Source: Acetatifactor muris (GTDB lineage: Bacteria > Bacillota > Clostridia > Lachnospirales > Lachnospiraceae). Taken from it: a DNA stretch of 64,000 bases. The stretch lies in assembly GCA_023663635.1 (NCBI GenBank), contig JAMPHD010000001.1, positions 390,383 through 454,382 on the forward strand, given 5' to 3'. The notes under the pieces are model-generated. The model saw only the letters and a list, made by a program, of their open reading frames with translations. It was not told where the DNA came from and did no database searches. Every line of letters starts with the position of its first letter. The stretch's first letter is position 1. Below are positions 56,311-64,000 of the stretch, piece after piece. The position numbers and the translations under genes are program-made.

Positions 56311-57426
56311 ATGGCAGAAAAGGATTTAGAGAAGATCAAAGCCGCGTCGAAACGGCTGGAAGAATGGTTGAGCGCCCCGGGCGGTCCGGGGATCCGGGCG
56401 GCCAAATTGGAGTATGTGGAATCTTTTCAGGCTGAGGACGGGACGGAATGCATGATCTTTAAGTTTCGGAAATCCGTGTTTTCCAAGTGGATGCTCGGGA
56501 TTGTAAACGACCTTGGGGCATTCAGCGGGATGCGGGAATTTCGGCAGGAATACGCCGTGCGGGACGCAGAGGAATGTCTGGAGACTCTCCGCGCCGGCGC
56601 GGGATCCGAACCCGGCCGGGCGGAGTCGCCGGATGGGGAGTACGCCAAGGACAGGGGCGTCTTTTCGGGTTTTGTATTGTTGTCGGACAAATCCTGGGAT
56701 AAAGAAAAGTTCAAGCGGGATTTTTTGGAGGACTGGGGCCTTTCGCCGGAGTATGACGAGGGGGAAGAGGGCGCCGACAGGGAGGATGCCGATCGGGAGA
56801 GAGAGTTTGACGCCATGCTGTTTGAAATGGGCAGCCAGCGTGTGGCGTTGGGATTTATGGGAATGCCTGTGCCCAACGGGGAGGCGGAGCACAACGCGGC
56901 CTTCAACTATACATGGAAGGAAGCCGTGGAGGTGACGAAGACGCACAAGGCGCAGATCACGGTGGCGATCCTGGGAGCGCATGAGGATGTCAAAAAGGAC
57001 GGGGAGCTGTTCGTGAAGGTGACGGCCACCCTCTGCAGACAGACGAACGCCATTGCCGTCTATGCCAACGGTGTGGTCTATCAGCCGCAATTTTATTTTG
57101 CCATGAAGGAGTTTATGGAGCAGGGGCTGTATCCGCTGCCGGGACTCTTGTGGTTGGGCATCATGAGATCCGAGGGCGGTTTTCATGTATACACGATAGG
57201 AATGAACAGTTTTGGCAAACCGGACATGGAGATCTTGGATGTGGCGAAAGATCCCAACGAAGCGCGTGATTTTCTCATGAATGTGGCCCTGTACTGTATT
57301 GACGGGGATGTGACGCTCAAGGACGGCGAGACCGTCGGCCTGACGGCGCGGCAAAAGTGCAAAGTCATCCGAAGTCCCGGCGTCTGTATGGGAGGGACAA
57401 CCCTCAAGATCGCCTATGAGCGGTAG
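56311..57426 (+). CDS. hypothetical protein (acidic linker; DUF4261-like C-terminus?)
   Basis: It is 371 aa with no recognisable catalytic motifs. Confidence 0.45.
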   Translation: MAEKDLEKIKAASKRLEEWLSAPGGPGIRAAKLEYVESFQAEDGTECMIFKFRKSVFSKWMLGIVNDLGAFSGMREFRQEYAVRDAEECLETLRAGAGSEPGRAESPDGEYAKDRGVFSGFVLLSDKSWDKEKFKRDFLEDWGLSPEYDEGEEGADREDADREREFDAMLFEMGSQRVALGFMGMPVPNGEAEHNAAFNYTWKEAVEVTKTHKAQITVAILGAHEDVKKDGELFVKVTATLCRQTNAIAVYANGVVYQPQFYFAMKEFMEQGLYPLPGLLWLGIMRSEGGFHVYTIGMNSFGKPDMEILDVAKDPNEARDFLMNVALYCIDGDVTLKDGETVGLTARQKCKVIRSPGVCMGGTTLKIAYER

Positions 57427-57500
57427 ATTCCGGATTGATTTCGGAGACCGATTCAAGGACGGTTCCAAAGACTGACCCAAAGAGCGACTTGGAGAACAGA

Positions 57501-57534
57501 GAGGGATATATGACATTGCTGTCATATATCCCTC
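57501..57534. terminator. bidirectional terminator: perfect 15-bp inverted repeat hairpin between convergent genes
   Basis: The read is gagggatatatgaca-ttgc-tgtcatatatccctc followed by ttgttt. Confidence 0.6.
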
Positions 57535-58250
57535 TTGTTTAATATCCGGCTGCCGGTGAGCATGAAGAGAGCGATGTACGCGATGCAGGTCGCCAGGAAA
57601 AGCGGATAACCTGATCGGTCCAATTCCTGCGGGGCATTGGAGTCCATGCCGTAGGCCATCAGGGAATAGGGCCAGATATGCCCCAGATCCTTGGCGAGAA
57701 ACAGGAGCCCGGACAGTCCGCCGCACAGCGCGATGGCCACGGGAGCCGCAAAATTTCTGATAAACAGAGAGAGCATGAGTTGTATGGACGCCATGACGAC
57801 GCCGCCCAATGTGCCAAACAGACACCAGACGACGATCCTGTCCATGGGCGGTGCGGCAGGCATGCCGATGAGTTTGCCCGACAGGATATAGAGGGCGCAG
57901 ATCCAGATCTGGCTGAGCAGTATCATGAGCGAGACGCATAATAATTTGGCGATAAATATCATATTTTTGGAGACGGGCATGGTCAGCACCCGGTTCCAAT
58001 TCCGGTTGTTTTCCTCCTGATGCATGATGTGAGAGCAGTAGATGCCGATCATGATGGGAAGGAAAAAATAGGTCGTAAACAGGGTGTGCTGTGTCCACAG
58101 GCTGTACCATTCCTCGGTGAGGATCTCGATATTTCCCTGATAGTTGAGAGTTCCCAACAGGGCCGGAATGACCGGCATTAAGAGAAAAGCGAGCCATACG
58201 GGACTTCTCTTCAGTTTCATCTGTTCCGCGCGTAATAATCTGAATAACAT
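57522..58250 (-). CDS. lantibiotic-immunity ABC transporter permease (MutG/EpiG-like, ABC-2 family)
   Basis: It has 6 TM helices, and its size and order are those of a MutEFG operon. The start is at MLFRLL. Confidence 0.72.
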   Translation of the reverse strand: MLFRLLRAEQMKLKRSPVWLAFLLMPVIPALLGTLNYQGNIEILTEEWYSLWTQHTLFTTYFFLPIMIGIYCSHIMHQEENNRNWNRVLTMPVSKNMIFIAKLLCVSLMILLSQIWICALYILSGKLIGMPAAPPMDRIVVWCLFGTLGGVVMASIQLMLSLFIRNFAAPVAIALCGGLSGLLFLAKDLGHIWPYSLMAYGMDSNAPQELDRSGYPLFLATCIAYIALFMLTGSRILNKRDI

Positions 58251-58284
58251 ATATACCTCCCTGCCCGATTGGACGGGCACTGAT

Positions 58285-59064
58285 CTAATCGTTTTTGGTT
58301 TGAAAGAGTCTGCGGCCCGCGAGCCAAAGGATGACGGCGCAGACGACCGAGCCGGTCAAAGCCGGCCAATTATAGCCCATGTGTTCCATATAGGCATATT
58401 GATAGCGGGTCTCTTTGGCGTATCCATAGAGTCCCATGAATTGCAGCGCGCCGTAGTGGCCCCAGATCAGGTTGTTCCTCAAAAAGGAATACTGAGGCAG
58501 AAACAGGGAGAAGAGTCCCACAAATTCGCCCAGAATGCCGGTGAAAAACGGTACGGCCTGATTCCGAAAGTACATGGACAGCGCGTGCTGAAAGCAATAG
58601 ATGGAGACGGTGGGCACAATGGTAAAGAGCAGGAAGAGCCCGTAAAATTCCATGGGAGGCGCCCCCGCAAAACCGGACACCCGCCCCATCACCAGGGCAA
58701 CGCACCAGAACAGCGTCACGCAAAAAAGGGTGATCATAAGGCCGTACAGGAGTTTGGCGTCATAGAGTCTGCCCTTGTCGGTGAGGGTGCACAGCAGCTT
58801 GAAATTGTTGCCCTTGTGCTCCGCGTCACAGAGGCGGGACGCCACGACGGTACACAGGATCGGAAAGAAGATCGTGGCGATCAGAGGCAGCTGATAGAGA
58901 AAGAGCAGCCAGCCGTTGGCCGAATAAAAGGCGGCGGTATCTTCGCGGGTCGTGTGGTCTCCGTAAAATGCCCACACACAGGCCATGGCGGTCACGGCCA
59001 GAGCGGTGAGGAAGACATAGCGATGTCTGTTCTTCAACAATTCACATTTCAACAGTTTTCTCAT
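58285..59064 (-). CDS. lantibiotic-immunity ABC transporter permease (MutE/EpiE-like)
   Basis: It has 6 TM helices and overlaps the ATPase gene stop. Confidence 0.72.
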   Translation of the reverse strand: MRKLLKCELLKNRHRYVFLTALAVTAMACVWAFYGDHTTREDTAAFYSANGWLLFLYQLPLIATIFFPILCTVVASRLCDAEHKGNNFKLLCTLTDKGRLYDAKLLYGLMITLFCVTLFWCVALVMGRVSGFAGAPPMEFYGLFLLFTIVPTVSIYCFQHALSMYFRNQAVPFFTGILGEFVGLFSLFLPQYSFLRNNLIWGHYGALQFMGLYGYAKETRYQYAYMEHMGYNWPALTGSVVCAVILWLAGRRLFQTKND

Positions 59065-59798
59065 AAGCTCATATCCTTTCCCGTGAGATCCAAAAAGATC
59101 TCTTCCAGATTTTTGTCCGTGTCCAGATCATGCAGAGCCGCCAGAGTGCCCTGATACATCATCTTGCCGTTGGCGATGATGCCAAGGTGATCCGCGAGTT
59201 GGTCGATCTCGGACAAAAGATGACTGGAGACGATGACGGTCATACCGTATTTGGCGGGCAGGGTGCGGATCAGTTCCCGCATCTCCTGAATGCCCGCGGG
59301 ATCCAGACCGTTGGTGGGCTCATCCAGGATCAGCAGTTTCGGGAAGGACAGCAGGGCGCATGCCAGTCCGAGACGCTGTTTCATGCCGAGGGAATAAGCA
59401 TTGGTGCGCTTGTGCTCCTGTCGGTCCAGGCGGACGATGCGCAGCACCTCATCGATATTACTGTCGGGCAGATCCAATATGGTGCAACAGATCTTCAGAT
59501 TCTCTCTGGCGGTGAGATTGCCGTAGTAGGAGGGGGATTCGATCAGGGATCCGATGCCCCGCAGGGTTTCCATGCGGTTGCGGGGAGTGCAGCGTCTGCC
59601 GAATATATCGATCTCTCCGGCGGTGGGATGCACCAGTCCCAAGAGCATTTTCAGGGTGGTGGACTTGCCGGCTCCGTTGGGTCCCAGAAACCCGTAGATG
59701 GAGCCCTCCGGGACGCTCATGTCCAGATTGCACACGGAAAAAGTATTTCCGTATTTTTTGGACAGACTGTTTGTACTGACGATTTCTTTCATGTTCAA
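59061..59798 (-). CDS. ABC transporter ATP-binding protein (MutF/EpiF-like)
   Basis: Walker A GPNGAGKST, the signature LSLGMKQRLGLA and Walker B LILDEPT are present. Confidence 0.85.
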   Translation of the reverse strand: MNMKEIVSTNSLSKKYGNTFSVCNLDMSVPEGSIYGFLGPNGAGKSTTLKMLLGLVHPTAGEIDIFGRRCTPRNRMETLRGIGSLIESPSYYGNLTARENLKICCTILDLPDSNIDEVLRIVRLDRQEHKRTNAYSLGMKQRLGLACALLSFPKLLILDEPTNGLDPAGIQEMRELIRTLPAKYGMTVIVSSHLLSEIDQLADHLGIIANGKMMYQGTLAALHDLDTDKNLEEIFLDLTGKDMSL

Positions 59799-59975
59799 AA
59801 CTCCTTTCCGTATCTTTCTTTGGGGCGATCGCGAAACGCATCGTTTGGAAACGCCCTGATGTCAGCATAGCACCGCGCTTTTACAAAAAACTTAATTGTA
59901 CCTTACGGGAAACTTAAATTTCACAAAATCCCGGAAATCCGCTTTCAAACTTCTTTCTGACGTGTTATTTTGTTA

Positions 59976-60031
59976 TCATGAGAACATGAGACCGGGGGAT
60001 CTCATGAGACCGGGAGATATCATGAGACCGG
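59976..60031 (+). promoter_or_regulatory. three direct repeats of CATGAGACCGG at 18-bp spacing (plus a half repeat) between the divergent ABC and TCS operons
   Basis: Direct read. Direct repeats are typical binding sites for OmpR-family regulators. Confidence 0.45.
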
Positions 60032-60052
60032 AACCGATGGGAGGTCATGCAT

Positions 60053-60769
60053 ATGAGTGACGGGATGGAAGATCTGCGGAACAAGAAGATCCTGATCGTG
60101 GATGACGAGACGGATATTCTGAAGATGATAGAGAACGCGTTGTTTGACGAGGGATTTTACAATATTCACACGGCGCAAAACTGCAGGGAGGCGGAGGAGG
60201 TCGCGAAGGAGTACCCTATCGCTCTCTTTCTGTTGGACATCAATCTGCCGGATGGAAACGGTTTTGGGCTGTACCGGGAGATCAGGCGAAAGTCCAAGGC
60301 TCCGGTGATCTTTCTGACGGCCAGGGGCGGGGAGGAGGACCGCGTCCGCGGCTTTAATCTGGGGGCGGACGACTATATCGTCAAACCTTTTCTCATGAAG
60401 GAACTGGTGCTGCGGGTGCGGGCGCTGTTGCGCAGGACCTATGCCGTACAGACGGGGGAACCCGGGTTTGCGCTGGGGGATCGTTATATTGATTTTGAGC
60501 GGGCGGTGGTGACTTCTCCGGACGGTGAGGAGCCGCTCACGGCCAAGGAGTTTATCCTGTTGAAGAAACTGTGGGAGAACAAAGACCGCATTGTGACCAA
60601 CGACGGGCTCTGTATGGCGGCTTGGGGCGAGGAGTATTACGGGCATGAAAATACGCTGATGGTGCATATCAGGAGGCTCAGAAAGAAAGTGGAGGCGCAG
60701 CCCTCCGAGCCTAAATATCTGATCACGGTGAAAGGGCTTGGCTACAAGTTGGTGACCGATCATGAATAA
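60053..60769 (+). CDS. OmpR/PhoB-family response regulator
   Basis: A REC domain (KILIVDDETDI...D) is fused to a winged-helix trans_reg_C. A GGGAGG ribosome-binding site is present. Confidence 0.85.
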   Translation: MSDGMEDLRNKKILIVDDETDILKMIENALFDEGFYNIHTAQNCREAEEVAKEYPIALFLLDINLPDGNGFGLYREIRRKSKAPVIFLTARGGEEDRVRGFNLGADDYIVKPFLMKELVLRVRALLRRTYAVQTGEPGFALGDRYIDFERAVVTSPDGEEPLTAKEFILLKKLWENKDRIVTNDGLCMAAWGEEYYGHENTLMVHIRRLRKKVEAQPSEPKYLITVKGLGYKLVTDHE

Positions 60770-62114
60770 GACGGTATGGAAGATCTTTTTGTGTTTTACG
60801 CTGACGGCATCCGGGATCGCCGTGATCCTGTTGGCCATCAACGCGTTAGGGTTAGCGCATCTTATGTCAGACTACCGGACGAATGTGGGAGGACGACATC
60901 CGAAGAAACTCGTGCGGGATGTCAAGGACGCGCTGTATTGGGATGGCGAAAAGTTTATTCTGACGGAGGATGTAGCGCTCCCGGAGGGGTGTTGGTGCAT
61001 TCTGGTGGGTGACGCCGGCGACATCCTGTGGGATATGGACAGGCCGGAGGATATCCCTGAACATTATACCATCAGGGACATCGCCGGCATGACCAGATGG
61101 TATCTGAACGACTATCCGGTCTATGTGTGGACGACGGACTATGGTCTCATCGTGTTGGGATTCCCCAAGGATTCCATCGCCAAATATGATCTGCAGTATT
61201 CCATGGATTGGTTCTCGTCCCTCGGAAAAAGACTGGGGATCATCCTGTGCATCAATCTGGTGTTGGCCATGATATTGGCGCTCATCTTTGGGATGCGGCT
61301 GTATAAGCGGCTCAGGCAGATGACGAGGGGCATCCGGGATCTTCGGGATGAGAAACCTGTTCATATCCCGGAGAAGGGGCTCTTTAAGGAGTTTGCAAGG
61401 AATCTGAACGAGACATCCCGGATCATTTCCGCCAAGAACAGTCAGTTGGCGCTCAGGGACAGGGCGAGACAGAACTGGACGGCGGGTATCTCCCACGATA
61501 TACGCACGCCGCTTGCCATTGTCATGGGGAACGCGGAGGCTCTGGAACAGGATGTGTCCGTCCCCGCGGAGGGCAGACAGAAAGCCGCGGTCATCGTCAC
61601 GCAGAGCATGAGGGTCAAGCGGTTGGTGGAGGATCTGAATCTGATCTCCTCACTGGAGTATGACGGCCCGGACAGGCGCAGGGATCCGGTGAAGATCTGT
61701 CCTTTGGTCCGGAGTATCGTGACGGATCTGCTGAACAGCGGACTGGCTGAAGAATTTGAGATCCTGCCCGAGCTGCAGTTCGAGGAGGCGGTGGTGGCAG
61801 GGGACAGATCTCTGTTGGAGCGTGCCGTCTTTAATCTGCTCCACAACGCGGTCACGCATAATCCCAAGGGATGCAGGATCAAGGTCGGTGTGTACAGGCA
61901 TGGGGACAGGGTGGTCATCTGTGTGCGGGACAACGGCGCGGGCGTGCCGGAGGAGACGCTGCGAAAGATGGACAGGATGCCGCAGACCACCCACGGGATC
62001 GGGCTGCCGCTGGTGTATCGGATCGCCCGCATACACGGGGGTACATTTACGGGCGAGAATGACAACGGGTTTTGGGGCAGGATGGAACTGCCGGCGCAGA
62101 ATCGGCTAAAATAA
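60762..62114 (+). CDS. sensor histidine kinase (two TM helices, HAMP, HisKA, HATPase)
   Basis: The H-box reads ISHDIRTPLAIVMGNAEAL. N/G boxes are present. It overlaps the RR stop. Confidence 0.85.
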   Translation: MNKTVWKIFLCFTLTASGIAVILLAINALGLAHLMSDYRTNVGGRHPKKLVRDVKDALYWDGEKFILTEDVALPEGCWCILVGDAGDILWDMDRPEDIPEHYTIRDIAGMTRWYLNDYPVYVWTTDYGLIVLGFPKDSIAKYDLQYSMDWFSSLGKRLGIILCINLVLAMILALIFGMRLYKRLRQMTRGIRDLRDEKPVHIPEKGLFKEFARNLNETSRIISAKNSQLALRDRARQNWTAGISHDIRTPLAIVMGNAEALEQDVSVPAEGRQKAAVIVTQSMRVKRLVEDLNLISSLEYDGPDRRRDPVKICPLVRSIVTDLLNSGLAEEFEILPELQFEEAVVAGDRSLLERAVFNLLHNAVTHNPKGCRIKVGVYRHGDRVVICVRDNGAGVPEETLRKMDRMPQTTHGIGLPLVYRIARIHGGTFTGENDNGFWGRMELPAQNRLK

Positions 62115-62184
62115 TAGGATTAGCATGAGAAACGGGCCGCGGATGCATCATGGAGGCATCCGCGGCCCGCTTTCCGCGCCCGGG

Positions 62185-63450
62185 TCATGTGCCGGGTTCC
62201 GCGATGCGGGTCACGCCCACATAGATATCCGAGATCTCATACCATGTGGCATAGTCCGTCACGCCGGTTTGGGGCAGATTGAAGATGCGTTGGAAAACGC
62301 GCACGCTCTCCGCAGTGGCGGGCCCGTATATGCCGTCCGCCGTCAGAGTGGGGATGGCCGGATAGTTGCGGGCTATGCGGTTGAGCTGTGTCTGGAGCTG
62401 CCGCACCTTATCCCCTGAGGAACCGATGGTGAGATCGTATCCCGGATAGGAGGAGGGCACGCCGGAGATGATGTCGGCCGTGGCGATATACATGTCATTG
62501 CCAAAGTAATAGCGGATGATCTCAATGGCGGAATAGCCCTCGTCGGCCAGATACTTGGATCCCCACTGGCTGAGTCCCGAACAGGTCACCCGGTTGCCGT
62601 CACAGTAGGAGGTGAAGATGGGCTGCCGCACTCCGGGGCGGGCCAGGTAATTGGCGAATATAGTGTCCACCAGATAGTCGATGTTTTCAAATATATTGCG
62701 CCCGTAGATCCATTTCTGGTCATAGGCGGTGGAGGAAGTGATGGTGAAATCATAGCCCTGCCCCCGATACCATTCCGTGTAGACACGGTTTAACGTGAAG
62801 GACATGATCGCGAGGATGTTGGCGTAGATGGCAGCCTCCGGCCAGGTGGAATAGATCTCGCAGGAGGCCACGTTTTTGATGTAATCTTTATAGCGCACCC
62901 AATAGTTGGCAGCCGTGGAATCGGAGGGTACGCCGTCGTGGACGATCACATACTCCGGTATGACCACGCGGCTCAATACGATCTCTCCCGTCTCCGACAT
63001 GGGTTTGATCTCTTCCTCGGGAATCTTGGGAGGATAGTCCCCGAACAGGGTGTGTACGGGTATGATGACTCTCTTCTCCTCCTCATCGGTGGTCTCAAGA
63101 GGATTCATGACAATGGGTTGGAGGGAGAGGCGGTCCGGCAGCAGCTCGGAGCCGGATACCAACACGGGCTCGTATCCCTCCGCCGTGACGATGAGATTGT
63201 ATTCCGAGTAGGGTTGAACCGTGGCATCGGGATCCAGAGAGAGGGCGATGGGCGGCGCGGGGAGACGGATGGTGGGAGTCTGTCCCGAACTGTCGGTGGT
63301 CAGCACCTCCAACGGTTCCTCGGGGTCGCCCGTGTAGGATATGGTCACGGTGGCATTCTCCACGGGGATCAGTCCCAGGGAGGACACCACACTCACCTGC
63401 ATTGTTCCGAAGTCTTCATTGTTTTCGTTCCTATTTTCCGGATTAGGCAT
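62185..63450 (-). CDS. SpoIID/LytB-domain protein with a C-terminal peptidoglycan-binding (PG_binding_1) domain
   Basis: The SpoIID/LytB core (...GYDFTITSS...CDGNRVTCSGLSQWGS...) and the C-terminal LTIGSSGDKVRQLQTQLN...DGIYGPAT repeat are present. The ATG start is preceded by AAGGTG. Confidence 0.68.
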   Translation of the reverse strand: MPNPENRNENNEDFGTMQVSVVSSLGLIPVENATVTISYTGDPEEPLEVLTTDSSGQTPTIRLPAPPIALSLDPDATVQPYSEYNLIVTAEGYEPVLVSGSELLPDRLSLQPIVMNPLETTDEEEKRVIIPVHTLFGDYPPKIPEEEIKPMSETGEIVLSRVVIPEYVIVHDGVPSDSTAANYWVRYKDYIKNVASCEIYSTWPEAAIYANILAIMSFTLNRVYTEWYRGQGYDFTITSSTAYDQKWIYGRNIFENIDYLVDTIFANYLARPGVRQPIFTSYCDGNRVTCSGLSQWGSKYLADEGYSAIEIIRYYFGNDMYIATADIISGVPSSYPGYDLTIGSSGDKVRQLQTQLNRIARNYPAIPTLTADGIYGPATAESVRVFQRIFNLPQTGVTDYATWYEISDIYVGVTRIAEPGT

Positions 63451-63606
63451 GGCAGCACCTTGCGATAATGTCAGTTGTCTTATGGTATGCGGCCGCGCTA
63501 AAAGTGTTCCCAAATCCCGGTTCTGAATTTGGTTATAAAATTTCTCCCTTTTCGGAAAAGTGTTCCCACTGCTATTATCAGAGAATTTAGTGAATATTCA
63601 TACATT

Positions 63607-63981
63607 TTAATCACGTTTTCCACTTCGGTAATATCCAAAACATATCAGAGCCCAAATTCCTGGAACAACTGCATATCCGGCATTTACCTGACCATGGTTA
63701 ATAAGAACGTAGCTACCACCTATAAATGTTAAGGTTAGAAAAATAGTGCCTAAAATCAACGCTACTTTCTTTATAAGCTCCATCTTCTCTATAAGAATGA
63801 CTTTGATTATCATGCAAATTGCTAATAATATAAGCATAAATAACCCCTTGATTAAAATGCTGGTATACCAAGGGGCAGATTGTAAAACATATAAATCTGG
63901 GTATTTTTTGAAATGCCAATATTCATACAACCCCGAGCCAATGAATACGCCTGTGAAAGAACCCATAATGATATTTAACAA
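63607..63981 (-). CDS. small membrane protein (AT-rich, hypothetical)
   Basis: It is 124 aa with 3-4 TM helices. Confidence 0.4.
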   Translation of the reverse strand: MLNIIMGSFTGVFIGSGLYEYWHFKKYPDLYVLQSAPWYTSILIKGLFMLILLAICMIIKVILIEKMELIKKVALILGTIFLTLTFIGGSYVLINHGQVNAGYAVVPGIWALICFGYYRSGKRD

Positions 63982-64000
63982 TTGATTGATTTTCTTTTTC

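Noticed and set aside
56326-58197. 623-aa minus-strand ORF
   Set aside because: It is antisense to the 371-aa plus-strand gene and overlaps the permease gene. It is Arg/His/Pro-rich junk composition.
58144-59870. 336-aa and 246-aa plus-strand ORFs
   Set aside because: They are antisense to ABC permease and ATPase genes with clear Walker motifs.
60020-60841. 273-aa minus-strand ORF
   Set aside because: It is antisense to the response regulator.
1-64000. CRISPR arrays, rRNA genes, complete IS elements, integrase or recombinase genes
   Set aside because: No repeat-spacer arrays and no rRNA-like sequence were found. No transposase with terminal inverted repeats was seen, only a truncated Rpn-like ORF. 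No tyrosine or serine recombinase motifs appear in any ORF.

Overview
This window comes from a high-GC (~60%) Firmicutes/Clostridia-type chromosome. From left to right it carries: (1) the 3' end of a fatty-acid synthesis cluster (fabF 3' end, accB, fabZ, accC, fused accD-accA, a MarR-type regulator); (2) rpsU, a membrane protein, two PBP5-type D-Ala-D-Ala carboxypeptidases, a metallophosphoesterase and scpA-scpB; (3) a pectin/uronate catabolic operon (kduI-kduD, an RpiB/LacAB-like isomerase, eda with an extra C-terminal domain, kdgK); (4) a ~23-25 kb lower-GC phage-derived element lying almost entirely on the minus strand at ~17.76-42.7 kb. The element contains tail fiber genes, Dit/Tal-like tail genes, a tape-measure gene that is split and interrupted by an AT-rich island, a holin and a bifunctional endolysin, a cysteine desulfurase, an HU-like protein, and a YonO-like single-subunit RNA polymerase with a DVDGD motif. 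It also has a divergent promoter with two LexA (Cheo) boxes that drives a TcdR/UviA-like sigma factor followed by a DUF262 protein. No integrase, terminase, portal or capsid gene is visible, so this looks like an SOS-inducible tailocin-like element or a defective SPbeta-like prophage. (5) To the right is an AT-rich accessory stretch: a CPBP protease and a TetR regulator, a MerR-membrane protein, an intact dinJ-yafQ toxin-antitoxin pair next to a decayed copy, and tRNA-Leu(UAG). (6) Housekeeping and sensor genes follow: GNAT, EamA, PAS, a hybrid histidine kinase, a GH25 lysozyme, a truncated Rpn-like nuclease, and an aldo/keto reductase. (7) Last is a lantibiotic-immunity-type ABC transporter (MutEFG-like) with a divergent OmpR-type two-component system whose promoter region carries direct repeats, followed by a SpoIID/LytB protein. 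No CRISPR array, rRNA or complete IS element was found. All calls rest on reading motifs in the supplied translations and sequence; no database search was possible.
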